Positions 26,401-41,400 of a DNA stretch of 64,000 nucleotides are shown one piece after another. The position numbers were made by a program, and so were the translations under genes. Where the stretch lies: positions 38,140,304 to 38,204,303 of the forward strand of contig NC_092671.1 of assembly GCF_964355755.1 (NCBI RefSeq). The letters run 5' to 3'. The notes under the pieces were generated by a model. It was given only the letters and a program-made list of their open reading frames with translations, had not been told where the DNA came from and searched no databases. Positions within the stretch are counted from its first letter, which is position 1. Every line of letters begins with the position of its first letter. Origin of the DNA: Antedon mediterranea (taxonomy: Eukaryota; Animalia; Echinodermata).

Positions 26401-29400
26401 CCCTTTCTGTCGTACGATCATTTGATGTACTTTTTCGCTTGGCATTCTTCAGTTTCATTCGACTAAGTCTTGAACGTTTTTCTTTTGATCTAGATTCCGA
26501 CGATGGAATGCCATTTTCGTACCTTATAAGGTTAAGATCTGGTGATTTTGGAGTAACAAGTTCAGAAATGTCTCTATAGTCACTTGACACATCACCAGCA
26601 GGACACACATCAGGCGTAGTGGAGGTTCCTTCTAGTTTTTCTAAAAGTAATTGTTTTGCTTTTTCTTTCTCGTTACACGTTATCGTTGGTGACGAGTTCT
26701 CACTAGGAGAAGAAGGCAGACTCCTTCTAACACCACCAGTTCTTCGTGGTGAACGAGGTGTATCGCGTCTTTTATCCAGAATAGCTCTAGTGGTTCCGCT
26801 TGTGTTTTTCTTTTTACTCCTTGTTCTTAAAGTGTCCGTTTTAAGAGACTCTGCCTGCAGAGTTGGCACCTCAAGATGGGAAACGTCTTCAAAAACGTCA
26901 TTATTGTCTTTTAAAACCATGCCAATGCTTTCATTTTGAAGCACTTCATCCTCAACATCATCAATTGAAGGAACATCCCTCAATGAATCATGGAACGACC
27001 CATATATAATACTTGGTGGGCGAATTTTTTGTTCAGTACGTTTTGTGACTGTCGGAGGAGTCGCAGAGGATTTACGTGTTAAAATTGATCTGGGTGATAA
27101 AATTGATTTAGGTCTTTTAGGTAACAATACAGGTTTATCTTCAACTTCTGGAGTTTCTGAAAGTTCTTGCAAAGATGATACAACATTTTGCTCCGGTGTC
27201 TCTGGGGACAACGATATCATTTCCTCCGAAAGCACGTTCTCGTGTAAAGTATTATCCACGTCCTGGCTCATATTCAAAGACATGTCTAACCTTTCAGTAG
27301 AAAGTGGTGACCCTGAGATAACATCAAGTTCCGATTTGGGACTTGCTTTTAAATATTCCCCTAAAGTGTCTTCTTGATAAGACATAGATTCTAAATTAAC
27401 CGAGGAAACTGGAGAAGAAGGAATTGAACTGGACGGAGTTGAAATTGTTAAACTAATTTCCGAAAGTGCGGATATAGATTGAAAATTTGTACGCTTTGGT
27501 TTCCTTTTGCCAGTGTTAGCGGTAGAATCATTCGTTTTATTTAATGTAGAAGTCCTGGAAGAAGTTTCTGTATCAGAAGCTTCTTGTTGATCCTCACTGG
27601 CTGCCATGGCATCTTTGACTCTGCCAACAGATTCATGCCATCTATTACCACTAAGATCATCTTCATAAGATGCTATAGCAGCTGCCATTACATCCTGCCA
27701 TCTCTCTGCTTTTTCTTCAATCACTTCTTCCACATCATTGTTCATTTCATTATCTAATTCAATATCAATTTGATCTTCATTTGAAATGTCATCATTTATA
27801 ACATCCTCTTTCGTTTCGTCAACCTCTTTCACTTCTTCGGTTTTAGCCAGATTAACAAGAGAAGGAGGGCGCCATGGTTGCGTTGGAACTGCTTGAGACA
27901 TAAGCCATTGTTGTTTTAAATCTATCACACTCTTTTGGTGAGAAAACGATTGTCTCTTTTCAATTGGCTTTTCTTCTTCCTCCTCCTCCTCCTCCTCCTC
28001 ATCACTCTCATCAGACTCTTCATCATATTCAGAATCTTCATCATCTGAATACTCACTTTCCTCTGAACCTGGAAATAATTATTACCACTTTTAATTTTGC
28101 AAAACGATATCATGATTCAATTAGCAACAATCTATTCACCCCAAAGATACCGTGAAATTAGATTTGTTTTCATTCTTCCGATTTTGAAAGATTTTGAACT
28201 GTCTAGTTGGGGTAAATAAATGTAAAACTGTTTATATGATCTGGAGGACCAAACTTAAAACCTTCCTTAATGTGTACTCCTCACACAATTATAATTATTA
28301 ATTAATCAAATGTTCTGTATATTTTTTTATATTATATTGTGTGAAACAATAAAAATGAACTGAAACTTTGAAATTGTTTATAAATAGTGCTGTATGATCC
28401 CTGGCAAATTTGCATGAATACATATTAAATAATGAAAGAATATCAATATAAATATTCAAATATAAATAACACACCTTCCTCTTCATCTACTACCTCGTCC
28501 TCATCATATACCTCGTCATCATCATCACTATATTCTTCATCCTCTTCATCAATTTCAGAGAATTCCTCATCATCATCTTCAAAGTCTTCATCCATGTCAT
28601 CTGTGATGGGTGCAACCATGGCAGAGAGGCGACTCACAGCACCCTCATACTCATACTCTATCTCAGCATCGTACTCATCAGAAGAGCTGGAAAAATGAAA
28701 AAGAATCAAAACTTTACTTTAGTAAATAGTTTGGAGTACCAAGTAGACATATTGAATGAAGTTATAGATGGTCAAATTATTTGTGTTATGTTACGTATGT
28801 AATACTGTTATTAAATGAAGCAGTATAATAGGTGTACAAATAACCAAATAATATGTGTGGAGTTGTACTTATAATATACTGGTGTATTAGCTTGATATAC
28901 GTTCTTGGTATGCTACATGATGGTATTGAATATGGTAGTGATATACCCAAATATGGTAGTGATATACCCAAATATGGTAGTGATATGACATCATCATGAC
29001 CACAAATGGGTACATCAAATTTGTTTGTCACATAAAGTTTGATAGTGTTGACAGAGCTTAATGAACACACAATCTGGTCAAATTTAGTAGGCTTAATAGA
29101 AACCAATATCTATATATGGATAGTTACGAAATATACCTAAAGTCTTCCGAGTCCATAATCATTGAGCTACCAAGGTTATAGAGGGCCAACTGTTCCTCAG
29201 ATACTTCCACCAGTCCTGCCTTTATGTTTGCGTGCATATTTTCAAGTTCTATTAGAAACAGAGAGTGCAGAAAAAGAATTAAACAATATAGTAATGTCGT
29301 TGTGGACAGACGAACGGGCGCCATTTGGTGGCACCACTCAACACGAAGGGGAAAACAAAGTTGCGGTATGTTTCATACACCTGTGCGCAATTCAGCCAAG

Positions 29401-32400
29401 TAGGCTGCAAGTTGCAGGTTATTCTCCCATTTACATAATAATCATATCAATTTGGACCGATTAAATATGATTTCTGTATGACCTTTACAGCATTATATTG
29501 GTGACATCATAATCTGGATGACATCATCACCTTTGTGCCATCATCATAATCTTGATGACATCATCACAATCTTCTTGACATCATCACAGAATCAGTTTAC
29601 CCCTACTTACCAACCCTCTCAGGCGTTGCTCTATATTTCTTATGCAATGGTGCAATCAAGTTGTCTTTAGGAGTGGGCGTGGTTGCCACTTGAGGAGTCA
29701 GTTCAGGTAACTGTGGTGTTGTGGGTGTACATATCTTAATAGCAGGAGGAGGTATTGAAGCGTCTGTCGTATCTTCAATACGTCTTTTGCGTGTTGCGTA
29801 CTGTTTACCAACATGTAAGCGACAGAAAAACTTTCCTATAAAAGAAAACAATTTGAGATTAAGATTTTAAATCTATTGTCCTTAAATAATTATTTAAATT
29901 GATTAGCACAAGAAGAGGACATAACTATATATTCCATTTCTAGAGATTAGAGATATAAACCATTTGAGAATAAGAATCTCTTCAAAATAAATACTTTCAG
30001 AAAAATAAGTTTAAACATTTCAGATTTAAATATCAAACTGAATTTATATAACTAATTTTGTCATAACAATGTTATCGTTGTATGATCTGTAATAATCTAT
30101 ATAATTAATTACAATTTCTGAACTCTTTTAAATTAAAATATTAATAGTTCTTTATTAGCATTTTGAACTACTTTACATAAACTAATACTCATAAATGAAT
30201 GTATTTGGAATAAGCAATAAAAACTGTTACTTTTCCTTTTCATTTTTTAATTGAATTCCTAAATCAAAACTGTTACAAAACTAAATTGCATATTAGCCAT
30301 GTCATTCACTCCTATCACAACATCTACACAATACTATAATCACTTTTCTTATACATTTTAGTAGGATACACGAGATACTTTCATTGACCCCGTGACCTAC
30401 AATCTGAATAAGATAATTAAAGCCTTAATTGCTACATCCTGGCATTGCAGCAAGCAACAGCTGATTGGAGACCACTCAGTCTCAACAGGTTTTTTTTTAA
30501 CTTTTAACCGACATAGCACAATATGCCACATAACACATATTATTTTATGTTTTGATTCATAAAATCTTTGATTTTATATCCTAAATTTAATATCTATTTC
30601 TTTTATATATCAATCCAAGTTACTGAAAAATGACAATGCTGTGGGTATCAGTGGCTGGGGCTCAATGGAGATACAAAATAAAATAAGCACTGAAAAAATG
30701 ACAATGCTGTGGGTATCAGTGGCTGGATCCCAATGGAGATACAAACAAAAAAGCGAAAAGCTAAATCAAAACGATAAAGTAAAACAGCCAGAAAAGTTAG
30801 CAGAGCTTTTGGTCAACACTAGCCCTTCATCAGTACAAGTGTTTATATATATTATATATAAATATATAACAGTCCTGTATATTATAAACACAACAGGCTT
30901 AGAAATAAATTCCAAACTGCCCGGTGATACACTGAAAATTATTTAATTAATTTTTGAAACGATAAAGATGAGGAAATCTGTGAGAATGAGAAAAAGTTAT
31001 TATTAAGTATTAAATCTGTCTCAACATAAATTGAATACATGTTGAGGTAAATTTGACCTATAGGGTTGGGATTTTAATGCCTTTAAAAATCAATTACTGC
31101 ATGGTTATTGAGCAATATCGTAGTAGGCTACACAATACAGATATTACTTTGATCAAGTATTAGATACAAACAGAAAGTGAGCTATTACAGGTGTCTGCAT
31201 TGATGTTATCTTTATAATCCTAAATCATATTTCTGTTTTATATCCTACAGACTATCAATTTAAATTAATTATTTTATTTTTATTTCAACAATATTTTACG
31301 AGGGTTGTCCATCCAGCCGAGGCTGATCATTAGAGACCCTCACAAAAATACAATATGACCAGACAAAAACATGTAACAATTAAAATTAAATAAATAGAAT
31401 TTATAAAGATAAACAAAATAAAATAATGCACAAAAAATTTGAATAAAAAATTAAATGAAATTGGCCATCTCAGAAGAAAATATAGGAAAAAGGAAGCAAC
31501 TAAACAAGAGAATTTTATTGCCAAACATCTTCATTTTGAAATATCAGGGTGACTGTCATTTCAGCAACGGCGACTGCGGTAAAAGGTTTAGATGTTCACA
31601 GAGATAGCAGAGCTTAAATTAAATTATGTATGATTGTATATGAAATAAACAAAAATAATACTAAAATGTGTAGTTTTGTTTACGATTGAAGTATAAAATT
31701 ATTCTTAACCTACCATCATGTTTATTCTCGGCGTCTGGCGTGTAGTTGTGACTTCCAACACGTAGTGAGATTCCGCAGTAATAACATTTGAAGCATGAAC
31801 TGTGAAAGAAGAGGCCCTCAACGCTCATACGTTCCATAACGTAAATACGCTTGCCGCAGAAAAAGCACATGTCACTATTGTTGATGGCTGGAGGTGGCGG
31901 CTCAAAATGCTTAGAGGTCTAAGTAAGCAAAGGTTTGGAGGGAATAATGGTACAGTGTTAGCAGAAAAATACAATCAGTTAGTTTTCATATTAAATACAA
32001 AATCCACTATTTAAAAGCATGATACATAATATTGATAGTCATAAACCATCAAAACTTACCTGATCTTATTTCATTCTCAAAGTTTTTGATGGTATTTTGT
32101 AAAAAATAAATCATTATATATCTCAAAGCACTACTGCAATAAATTTGCTTTAATTGCTTTATGTCATTTTTGAATTTTAATATATAGCTACTTGTTTTAT
32201 ACAATTTTTAGCACTCTTTTATGCTATTTAGTAAATTAATTTATTGATATAAAAGAATACTTACAATGAAGACAATTGTATTTTAAGAAACAATGCTGAT
32301 TCTTGTTCTATAAGCAATTCCTGTTCTATTTAAATCTTTAGCATAAATGCTAATAAACACTATTTAAAACCAAGCACTGTAGACATGTGCTTACACTATT

Positions 32401-35400
32401 ATAAATGCCTTTGGAAGACAAAAGTGTAAAATACCAAAATGTGTCTGTAGATCTTGTCTAAATGCCTTTAGATACTACAGATGTCTACATGTGTATACAA
32501 TGATAGACATGTTTATAGCATTGTGTGCCACACAACATACACTGTCTAAATGCCTTTAGACACTATAAATGTGTTTAACCACTGTCTAAATGCCTTTAGA
32601 CACTATAAATGTGTTTAAGCACTGTCTAAATGCCTTTAGACACTATAGATGTGTTGTGACACTCTCTAAATGCCTTTAGACACTACAGACGTGTTGAAGA
32701 CACTGCGCGAACGGCTTCCAGTTTTGATCCCACTGCTCATTATGACAAATTAAAAAATGAAATTACAATGGAATATCCGAAAGTAGGAAAAAAATGTTTA
32801 AAATCTACATGCAGTTACATGTTTTATAGCCAACGAAAATGCGTTAATAATAATAAAAAAAATTTCTAAAGCATTCAGTTTTTTGTTTAGTGCATAATAT
32901 AATGCTGACTAGAAAAGAAGCAATATTTTTTTTGCAAAAATAAAAATTTTGATAAAAAGAATTTTCAGATGATTTTTTCCTACCCCGGAAGCCTCGTTCA
33001 GTGATTTGACTATCTCACTAACCGGCCTTACTGGTCGTTGGATCTGCTGCTGCTGATTGAGTGGCGTGCCATCCTCACGCCGTACACCAGCTAGAATTTC
33101 AAATTGCGTCGTGAGTTGGCTTCGTAAGCCACTCACACGGTTTTGGCTGACATCAACCTTCAGGTCCTTTGGTGGTTGTTTGTTCCTCAGTTGCACTTGA
33201 TTGTTGGCGAGACCAGCTCCACCATTATACTTATCCTTCTGTTCAACCTAGAAAATAAATGTTGAAAATATGTTTATTAAAAACAATTTAACTATGGTAA
33301 ATTAATTATTGTTTAGTTTGTTACATATTGTTACTGTTCTTGTAGCCGTCTTCTTCTGAAGACACATGGCCGTCATTGACGGATACTTCTGGTACTGCTG
33401 GTATACTGAAGGTCTACCATTTATACCATGCTATACACTTTTACTTCATAAAAATCGTTTATTTCATAAAAAGTCATGAAAACACATGTCACAAATATCA
33501 TTTATAAAAAATTACACTTAATCCAAGGTGATAATTCCACAAGTGCTAATAGTCTTACATTGAGTACCGATTTATATATAACACCTACAATGAAATAAAG
33601 CAAGAATGGTGCTACATCAAAGTGGGTATTTTCAATTAACACAAGACAATAAAAAGTAATTAACACAAGACAATAAAAAGTAATTAACACAAGAAAACAA
33701 AAATTAAAAAATGATCCCAACCAAACAAGAAATAGTATGATAAATTATTAAATAGTTTATCTACCCTGTAATTGGTGAGTTAGTCGCTGTTGGATGCCAA
33801 GGATGTCACCACCCATGTTGGAGCCGGACAGGCCCGTCCAGCACTCAAAGTTTTTAACCAGGATTTACAGGCTGCCAACCACCACTATTATTACTACGAT
33901 ATTCATGTAGGCCTAATAATGGCGACCCACGAGGAGAATTTATTGGCAACCGGCATTCAAAAAAAGCTGGTGACATCCCTGGGATGCGTATAAAAAAAAA
34001 ATCAACCAACCTTTTTGGACTTCTTGCTACTTCCTGGACTCTTTATCTTCTTATTTTCCTTATTCTCCTTGTTGGCTTCGTCTTTGTCTTCAATTTCACG
34101 ATCTTTGGCCTTGGGTGACTTCTTGAATCGATGGCTGAGCCTAGCTAGGATGGAATGACGAGGTTTGCTTGTTCGCATCACTGGCGAAGTCGTTGCATCT
34201 GTCTCTGCTAATAGTGCAAAAATATCAAATTAACACAAAAAGACAACTAATAAAGGTTTGTTTAAGAATAAAAGCATAGAAAAATACAAAATCTACTAAT
34301 TTTTCCACGCTGGTCCATAAAATGACGCTACTTAAACAATATTTAGCTCTGTCTATACTATCAAACTTTGTGTGACAAAAAAATGTGATGTGCCCATATA
34401 TGGACATGATGATGTCATACCACTACCATATTTAGGCATATCACTACTAGTGTGATAGTGTAGGCAGATCTTTAGAATGGATGTTAAATGACAATAAATG
34501 GGTACTAGTTATAAAGTCTAAAATAATTACAAATGCTTGTCCTTACCTATAGTTCCTGGTACCTCTTCTTTAAATGTATCATAGAATTGTGCTATATACG
34601 CTACCATTTTTAACTTGTCTGGCTCTCTGCCCGTAGCCATCTCATTGCCTGTCATTATGGGTGAAATTCCCAACTCATTTTCCGCTATGTCAAATGCTAA
34701 TTGGTTATTCTTTGCTACGTCATTTGGAGATAGACTATGAAAAGGTCTGTCAAACAATAAATATATGTGTTGAGGTCTTTTATACTAAACATTATCAATA
34801 TCATTGTAGCTCGAATATGACAGTGGTACATTTAAATTATATGAGGATGTTTAAGGAACTTTATTCTATTTGTGTCATGGCTCTCCCTCAAAAGAGAACA
34901 GCTATTGTTGGTTTATCCAGGTAGGCTAGGCACGAAAAGATATTTCGGTAGTACTGTAATTTTTAAATAAAAAAAATAATATTTTTCTTAATTCACTTAA
35001 ACTAATAATTGTTTAAATTAACTGAAACATAAGACATTCCATCATGTACACATTACTACTCCTGGTTACAATTACAAATGGTTCATACAAGAAGGAAGTA
35101 CAAGGCATCATGGTCTGTCTGATAAGTAGTACTTCCTAAGCCTCAAAATAAGACTTTTAAAACCAGATATTTTTAAGCCTGTATATTACAAGTTATGTTG
35201 CACTAAATTAATCTTTAAAAAATCTAAATCTTGAATGTAAAATGTTTCTAATTTTAATATTAGTTTTTATATTTGGGAGTATTGGAAATTTACTATACAA
35301 ATCATAAATAGGTGGTTTAAAGCTATAATCAAACTAGTTTGACAAAAAAAGTGTGATGTGGCCAAATATGGTAGTGATATGCTTAAAATAATGGTAATTT

Positions 35401-38400
35401 CCAACCATTTGTATCTTTATATTTTGTATATGTTTGCATTATGTGAATAAATTTGAACTTGACTTGAACTTGAACATCATCATGTCTATATTATGGGCAT
35501 ATCACATTTTTCTGTCACATACAGTTTGATAGTGTAGACAGATCTTTAAATGCGAGATAATATGGAGATTATCAGCCTAACTAGGTGCGGGGGAGTTAAG
35601 ATGCGATTCTTTACCCTCAACATAGTGTTGGTGCTTTCTATTTTAAATTAACAACACATATTGATCTAACTTGTTCCTAGTTCGCCACAAATCAAAAGCT
35701 TTCCAAAAGAGTCTACTGTCAGATCCCTCAAAATCAGATATGGATTGACAAGGCTTAAACTGGAGTGTATGGTTTCCTGGAAATTTAGTTTTCAGAATTG
35801 TACATATTAGTTAAAGGGAAAGTTTGCCGTTCTCACACGGTTTGGTTTTGTGAGAGTTGACGGTAACCACTTACATAAGATGCGGCCTGTATCGGTGGAT
35901 AATAGCACAGAGAGCTAAACCACTCTTGAACGATGTCGTCAAGTTTTCAACATTGACATTTTTATAACTGTCTGTGACACGTTGACACCACATCAGCAGC
36001 TTGTTAGATCTGATTACCGGAACTGAAACAAAAGGAATTGGTTATAACTAATCAATTATCTATAAAAACACTTTTATTGAGCAATAAATTTGCTTACAAT
36101 ATTATATAAAACCATTTTGTAGGCATATATTGTTGGATAAAGGCAAGTATTAAGTTCTGTCTACAAGTTTTAAAAAAAAAAGTGTGATATGACATCATCA
36201 TGTCCATATATGGGCACATCACATCACATAAAGTTTGATAGTGTAGACAGAGCTTTAGCATGCGACAATAGTGTTTGTTAGTGAAGAGTAATGATATGAA
36301 AAAAAATTACTTTAGTTTAGAAACCAGGGTTTTAATAATACTTAGCGTTATGGCTTAGGTGATCCATCGACACCTATACTTGGGGGAGGGTGTTATATCT
36401 TACTTTAAACTTTAAAAAAAAAATATTATCTCTTTGGAGGATCTAAGAAATGCACTCACAGGTTGCATTTAGCCTGCAAAGTGCCTGTTGAAAACCCAAG
36501 GTTTAAGATCGATTTTCAACTAGACAAATTTGGCGAATCCAAAGCGTCAGCTAATATTCATGAGTAAAGAGGGATTTGGAAGATGAGACATGAATACACA
36601 TGTGTATAACCTGGAGCAAATTGGGCTAGTAGAAAAATGGCTTTATACTAATTCCCACTAACTGAAATAAATATCATATAAGTAGTGACAAGAATCTAAA
36701 ATTACCTGTTTTAGGCTTCAACTGTGGTTGTTCAATAGGGCCCATAGTTTTCAATTCTTGTTTTAGCCTCTCATTGGTGGTATCAAAGTATTGCAGAGTC
36801 TCAAATGGCAGCACTGCTTTAGGGTTGATGGCAGGATATCTGGTTTTAGGATCAATTCCATACTGGTCATAATCCTTGCAAAGATTCTCTGGCGTGGTCT
36901 GCGGCAAGAGCCGGTATATACTCTCTCTTTCAGCAAGTACTTCAAGCGGCGTTTTTTTGCCAATAGACCATTCTCTGATCATCCAGGCAGCATCAAATGC
37001 TCCTAGAAATCCACGGGCACAACCAGATCCTGTTGGCCAAAAGGGCTGAAAAAAAAAGACAACTATTGTAAATTTTTAGATAGCATAATACCAATGGTGA
37101 AAATAATGAAAAACACATTCCATTAGTAATGACGCACCCATTTTGACGCACTGTGACATGTTGTTTATGATATGGTGGGTGGTAAAGTGACGGACATTGT
37201 CCATTGATGTGACGTACCATCTTGATTATTTGTAAATGACGCACCCATGAGGCACCTCTCCCGGGGTCATATAGTGGGTCATACAATTGACAAGTGCATT
37301 ATATACAGGTAAAGAATATAACAATTTTAAAATGGTTAATTTGTCAAAAGCATACCTCAACCAGACTGTCTCCTACAAGACCCATTAAAAGATGGTGTCC
37401 ATTTCGTTCATGAATCCTGGCTGCATTGACAGCCTGAAACAAAGATGTGAAATCAAACATAGCCACATCTGATAAGCCATAGTGGTTCAGTGCATAGTCT
37501 AAATGTGGTAATTGGCGGTTCGTTGAAAAGTCGGCAGCTTCCGATGCGTATCCTTGTAGTTTTTCTTGGCTGATGTTTGATTGCGATAGAAGACTGGCTA
37601 CGTCAGCGTAATCCTAACAAAATAATAATTTATGTTAAGGAAATTGTACTTTAATTGTTTGTAACTAACTACTGTGGAGTAGCTTTGCTTTAAGGTGTTG
37701 AGTAATTGATTTGGTTGTAATTCGTACTTAATAATAAGTACATTGAGAATACTTGTGAAATAAAACCCACCTGAGAATTACTTGCATAAAGGCAAAAGGC
37801 AAAAAGATCTGACCAAAATTTTACTGGCAAACGATAACAAAATATGTCACAGTGGCCTTTAGACACAATAATAGTATATTGTGTTCAAAGAAAATGTCCA
37901 CTTCTCAAGTTATATCTCGCTCTTCGAGGAGAAAGGGCTATTGTCGGTTTATCCAGGTAAGCTAGGCACAAAATAAAACTTACTTTCTTTATTACACCCT
38001 TCTTGATTAAACTTTGTTTCTTGGCAGTCATCACAAAATAATGCGTATCATCTTTGTAATAAACTATATTCTCTAAATCTATTCCCGTCTCATGATTCAA
38101 ATCTTTGAAAAACTTCTGGTTAAAAATAAATGCAACCCCACTGATTTCCTCCACTCTAGCTTCCTCACTGCTATGGCGGTTTATCAGATTCGCAGTGATT
38201 CCAATAGCTAGTTTTCCTCTAAACTCTTTCCGCTCAAAACCTATTTAAAAAAAATGTACATACCGGTATTTAAAATGGGGCAATATTTTTAGCTTACTTT
38301 TAGTATATAATGAAATAGTGTTCATTTGTAACATCCTGTAGTAATGTCATTATGTCGAGCATAACACATTAAAAGTAGATCAAATTTGATTGTGTCTGCT

Positions 38401-41400
38401 GGACGCCAACAAGAATTTCTTCATCAATTTATTCATTTTTATAGTTAATTTATCAAAAGTTTGGAAATTTATTGTTCCCCCTAAAAATTGTTTTGTTTCA
38501 ATTTTTTTTTAATATGCCATTTTAATGTAACATAATAGTTATTCACTTTGACCAAAAACTGGATTGAAAAAAAAAATTATTTACCTGAAAAAATGTAATT
38601 TAAAGCAAAAAATACTTAAATTGTTTGTCAGACAATGGTTTTTTTGGTTAAAATTAACTGTTTCTTTTGTCTTTTTATGTGAAGCGAAATAATGATTTTG
38701 TTTTGTTTTTTTTACAGAAGTGAATAACTTTATTAAAACAAAATGGCCAATTTAAAGTCTGATTTTATTAATCTTCATTTTTCATGTTTTTGAGGGACAA
38801 TACATATTTAATAGAACCTTGCAGATAAAAATTAGATTTAAGTGATATTCATATGATTTAAAAACCATTTAATAATATCAGGTCACCTGCCAATCAAATA
38901 AGTAGTTCAGAAACCTAACCCCATTAAGACGTTAATATCAAATATCAAGCAAATCCATAATTTGAAATATTCTCAGAAAAATTATAGTATGCTACTAGCT
39001 AGTGTCCAGTTTTTACAAATATTTTACTCAAATATGAATATGAAAGAAATAAATGTTTATTTGAATTGAATTGAATTAAAATATTGTGAAATAGTTCCAT
39101 AATCATATCAACTGAAATGTTGTAAGCAAATCATATCACTAGAAAAAAAATTATCCATCCTAGAGCAGGTACCCACTCCCCACTTCCCAACCTTAGGCGG
39201 TTAGCTTCAAACCTTCTCAGTGCAAGCTGGTAATTTTGATACCCAATTAATTTTCAATTTTTCCCCTTTATTTTGTAGTATTTATTATATTTCTTGGGCA
39301 CATAAACACCGGTCTAAACTAGTTTATATAACACAATTGGAGTCAATCGCAGTCAAATTATTACTTTTTATACTACTTTTGTTTGCGATTATTTACATCG
39401 GGTCACCAGTCACATTATTCAAATTAATTAATCAGCTTATTTTACACACTTGACAAAGCATTGAGATTGTTATTGATGTTCCCGATCACATTAGAGTACA
39501 CTAGATCAAGTTTGCCAACTAATAAGGCTTACATGCCAAATCAAAATTATATAACCTTTAAAATTTCTCCCAGTTAATATTATATTACATAAAGATCAGG
39601 TATTTATACCACCTCCGTGTTTTTTAGAAAATTGATTTAGAAAATGAAGTAATGAACACAACCATATTTAACTGCAACAAGAATATTCTTACATTGGTTG
39701 ACTCAATCTTTCACTACTTATTTATTTTCCTATTTAAAACATTTTATCGATCAAGACACAACTTTGTGCTGTTTACTAGCTGCATTATTATTATTATAGG
39801 AGTATGTTTCCATACATAATTTGTTTCGAAAAATTACCTGGGTAAAATGTACAGCGTATTGAGAGCTTGCTTACATGCGCTAAGAATTATAAACTATTAT
39901 TTTGAATATTGTCAAATATTATTACTACTGTATTGACATTTAAATTACTTGTCAAATATAAGGAAGATATTAAATGGTTTGAACTTTGTGAGATATATTG
40001 ACATTCTCTTTGCTAATACCATGTAATCTTTAAAAGCTAGTGATCAAGGCCATTATTAAATGAAGATCATATGTTTCTGTAGATTAAAAATGACCAAACT
40101 GGTAAAAGAAAAACAATTTCCCTAAACTGTTCCTTAAATGTTTTGGTTTGTTATTTTCCAATATCGCTTAATCATTCAATAGTTGCCATTAAGTCGCACC
40201 GTTGTCTTATTACACATTTTTTAAAAACCAGAAATGCAAGGAAATGACCAGACAATTTACCTTCAGACTTTAGATAAAGGGAAAACTTAACAATTTGGTT
40301 CCAATAATCTTCCAACCGCAAGATGAGGTTGTCAAAATAATAATTATTATATTGTGTGAATGTTTATTTACATTGTAAAAAGTAGACCTACAGTATATCA
40401 TTGTTCTTTCAAACCATGCCTGACGCTGAAACAACCAATAATTAATTACTGTATTACCATAGAGATATGGTTTATACACAGGTTTTTTTGAGAGGTCAGT
40501 TGACATACAGGTAAAACTGAAAATTACAATCCATATAGCTTAAACAACAATAATACATGGATTTTGGTGTTTAAGACCTTTTGGTCTTGACCTTGGAAAA
40601 GGTAAAGTGACCGTGAAATGGCGTATTATGTCTTTTGAAATTGGTTTTTCTATAATCGTAGAGAAAGGAAACTGTAGGTTATATAATGATGTGGGCATAA
40701 CCACACTATTCAATATAAAGAAACAAAACACCACTAACATAATGATATACTGTAATAAGTGGCGGTTATGCAAAGGAGTAAATATGGTAAATAATAGGCC
40801 TAATATTGTTAGATATTACTATATTAGGTTATGTTTTAGTTATGTTATTATGTTTAATATTTTTTAATATTTTTTTTTATTCATTTATTTAAAAACATAT
40901 TTAGACAGGATAAAAACATATCAGGTGTAGATATTGCACTGTTTTACATATGGTCCTGTTTTTTAAAGCAATTGATTAAAAACATTCATAAAAGACATTA
41001 AAAAACTTACAATAAAAATGTTATTGTTTACATAATATTACAGAATCTATTCCTCTCTTCATGACTTTACTTTTTAAAACACATGATGTAACTGCAAACA
41101 TAACTTTACTAGTATTAGTAAAATAATAAGTCTTAATTTTCACTCTACAGCTCACTATGTCAGTCGGATGGTCAGTTGGTAAACACTAACTCAAATTTGA
41201 GCATGCGACTGCAGCCATATATATGGCCTTGTTTTTATATATTTAAAATTTTCATACAGCGTAGGGAACTGTACGACTAGCTGATATTGTACTGACATTA
41301 CTTGTTTTGACTACTATTAGTAACGAGATGTTGATAGTATAAAACTCACAGAACCAACAAACTACGCAAGTCCCAGGAGTGGAAAAGTATATTTGCTTTT

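Noticed and set aside
26220-27377. Plus-strand ORFs of 106-119 aa
   Set aside because: Antisense shadows of the large MICAL exon.
32057-32080. Extra MICAL microexon at a strong AG|GTAAGT donor
   Set aside because: No good acceptor; the nearest AG gives 16 nt, which breaks frame in a phase-0 intron.
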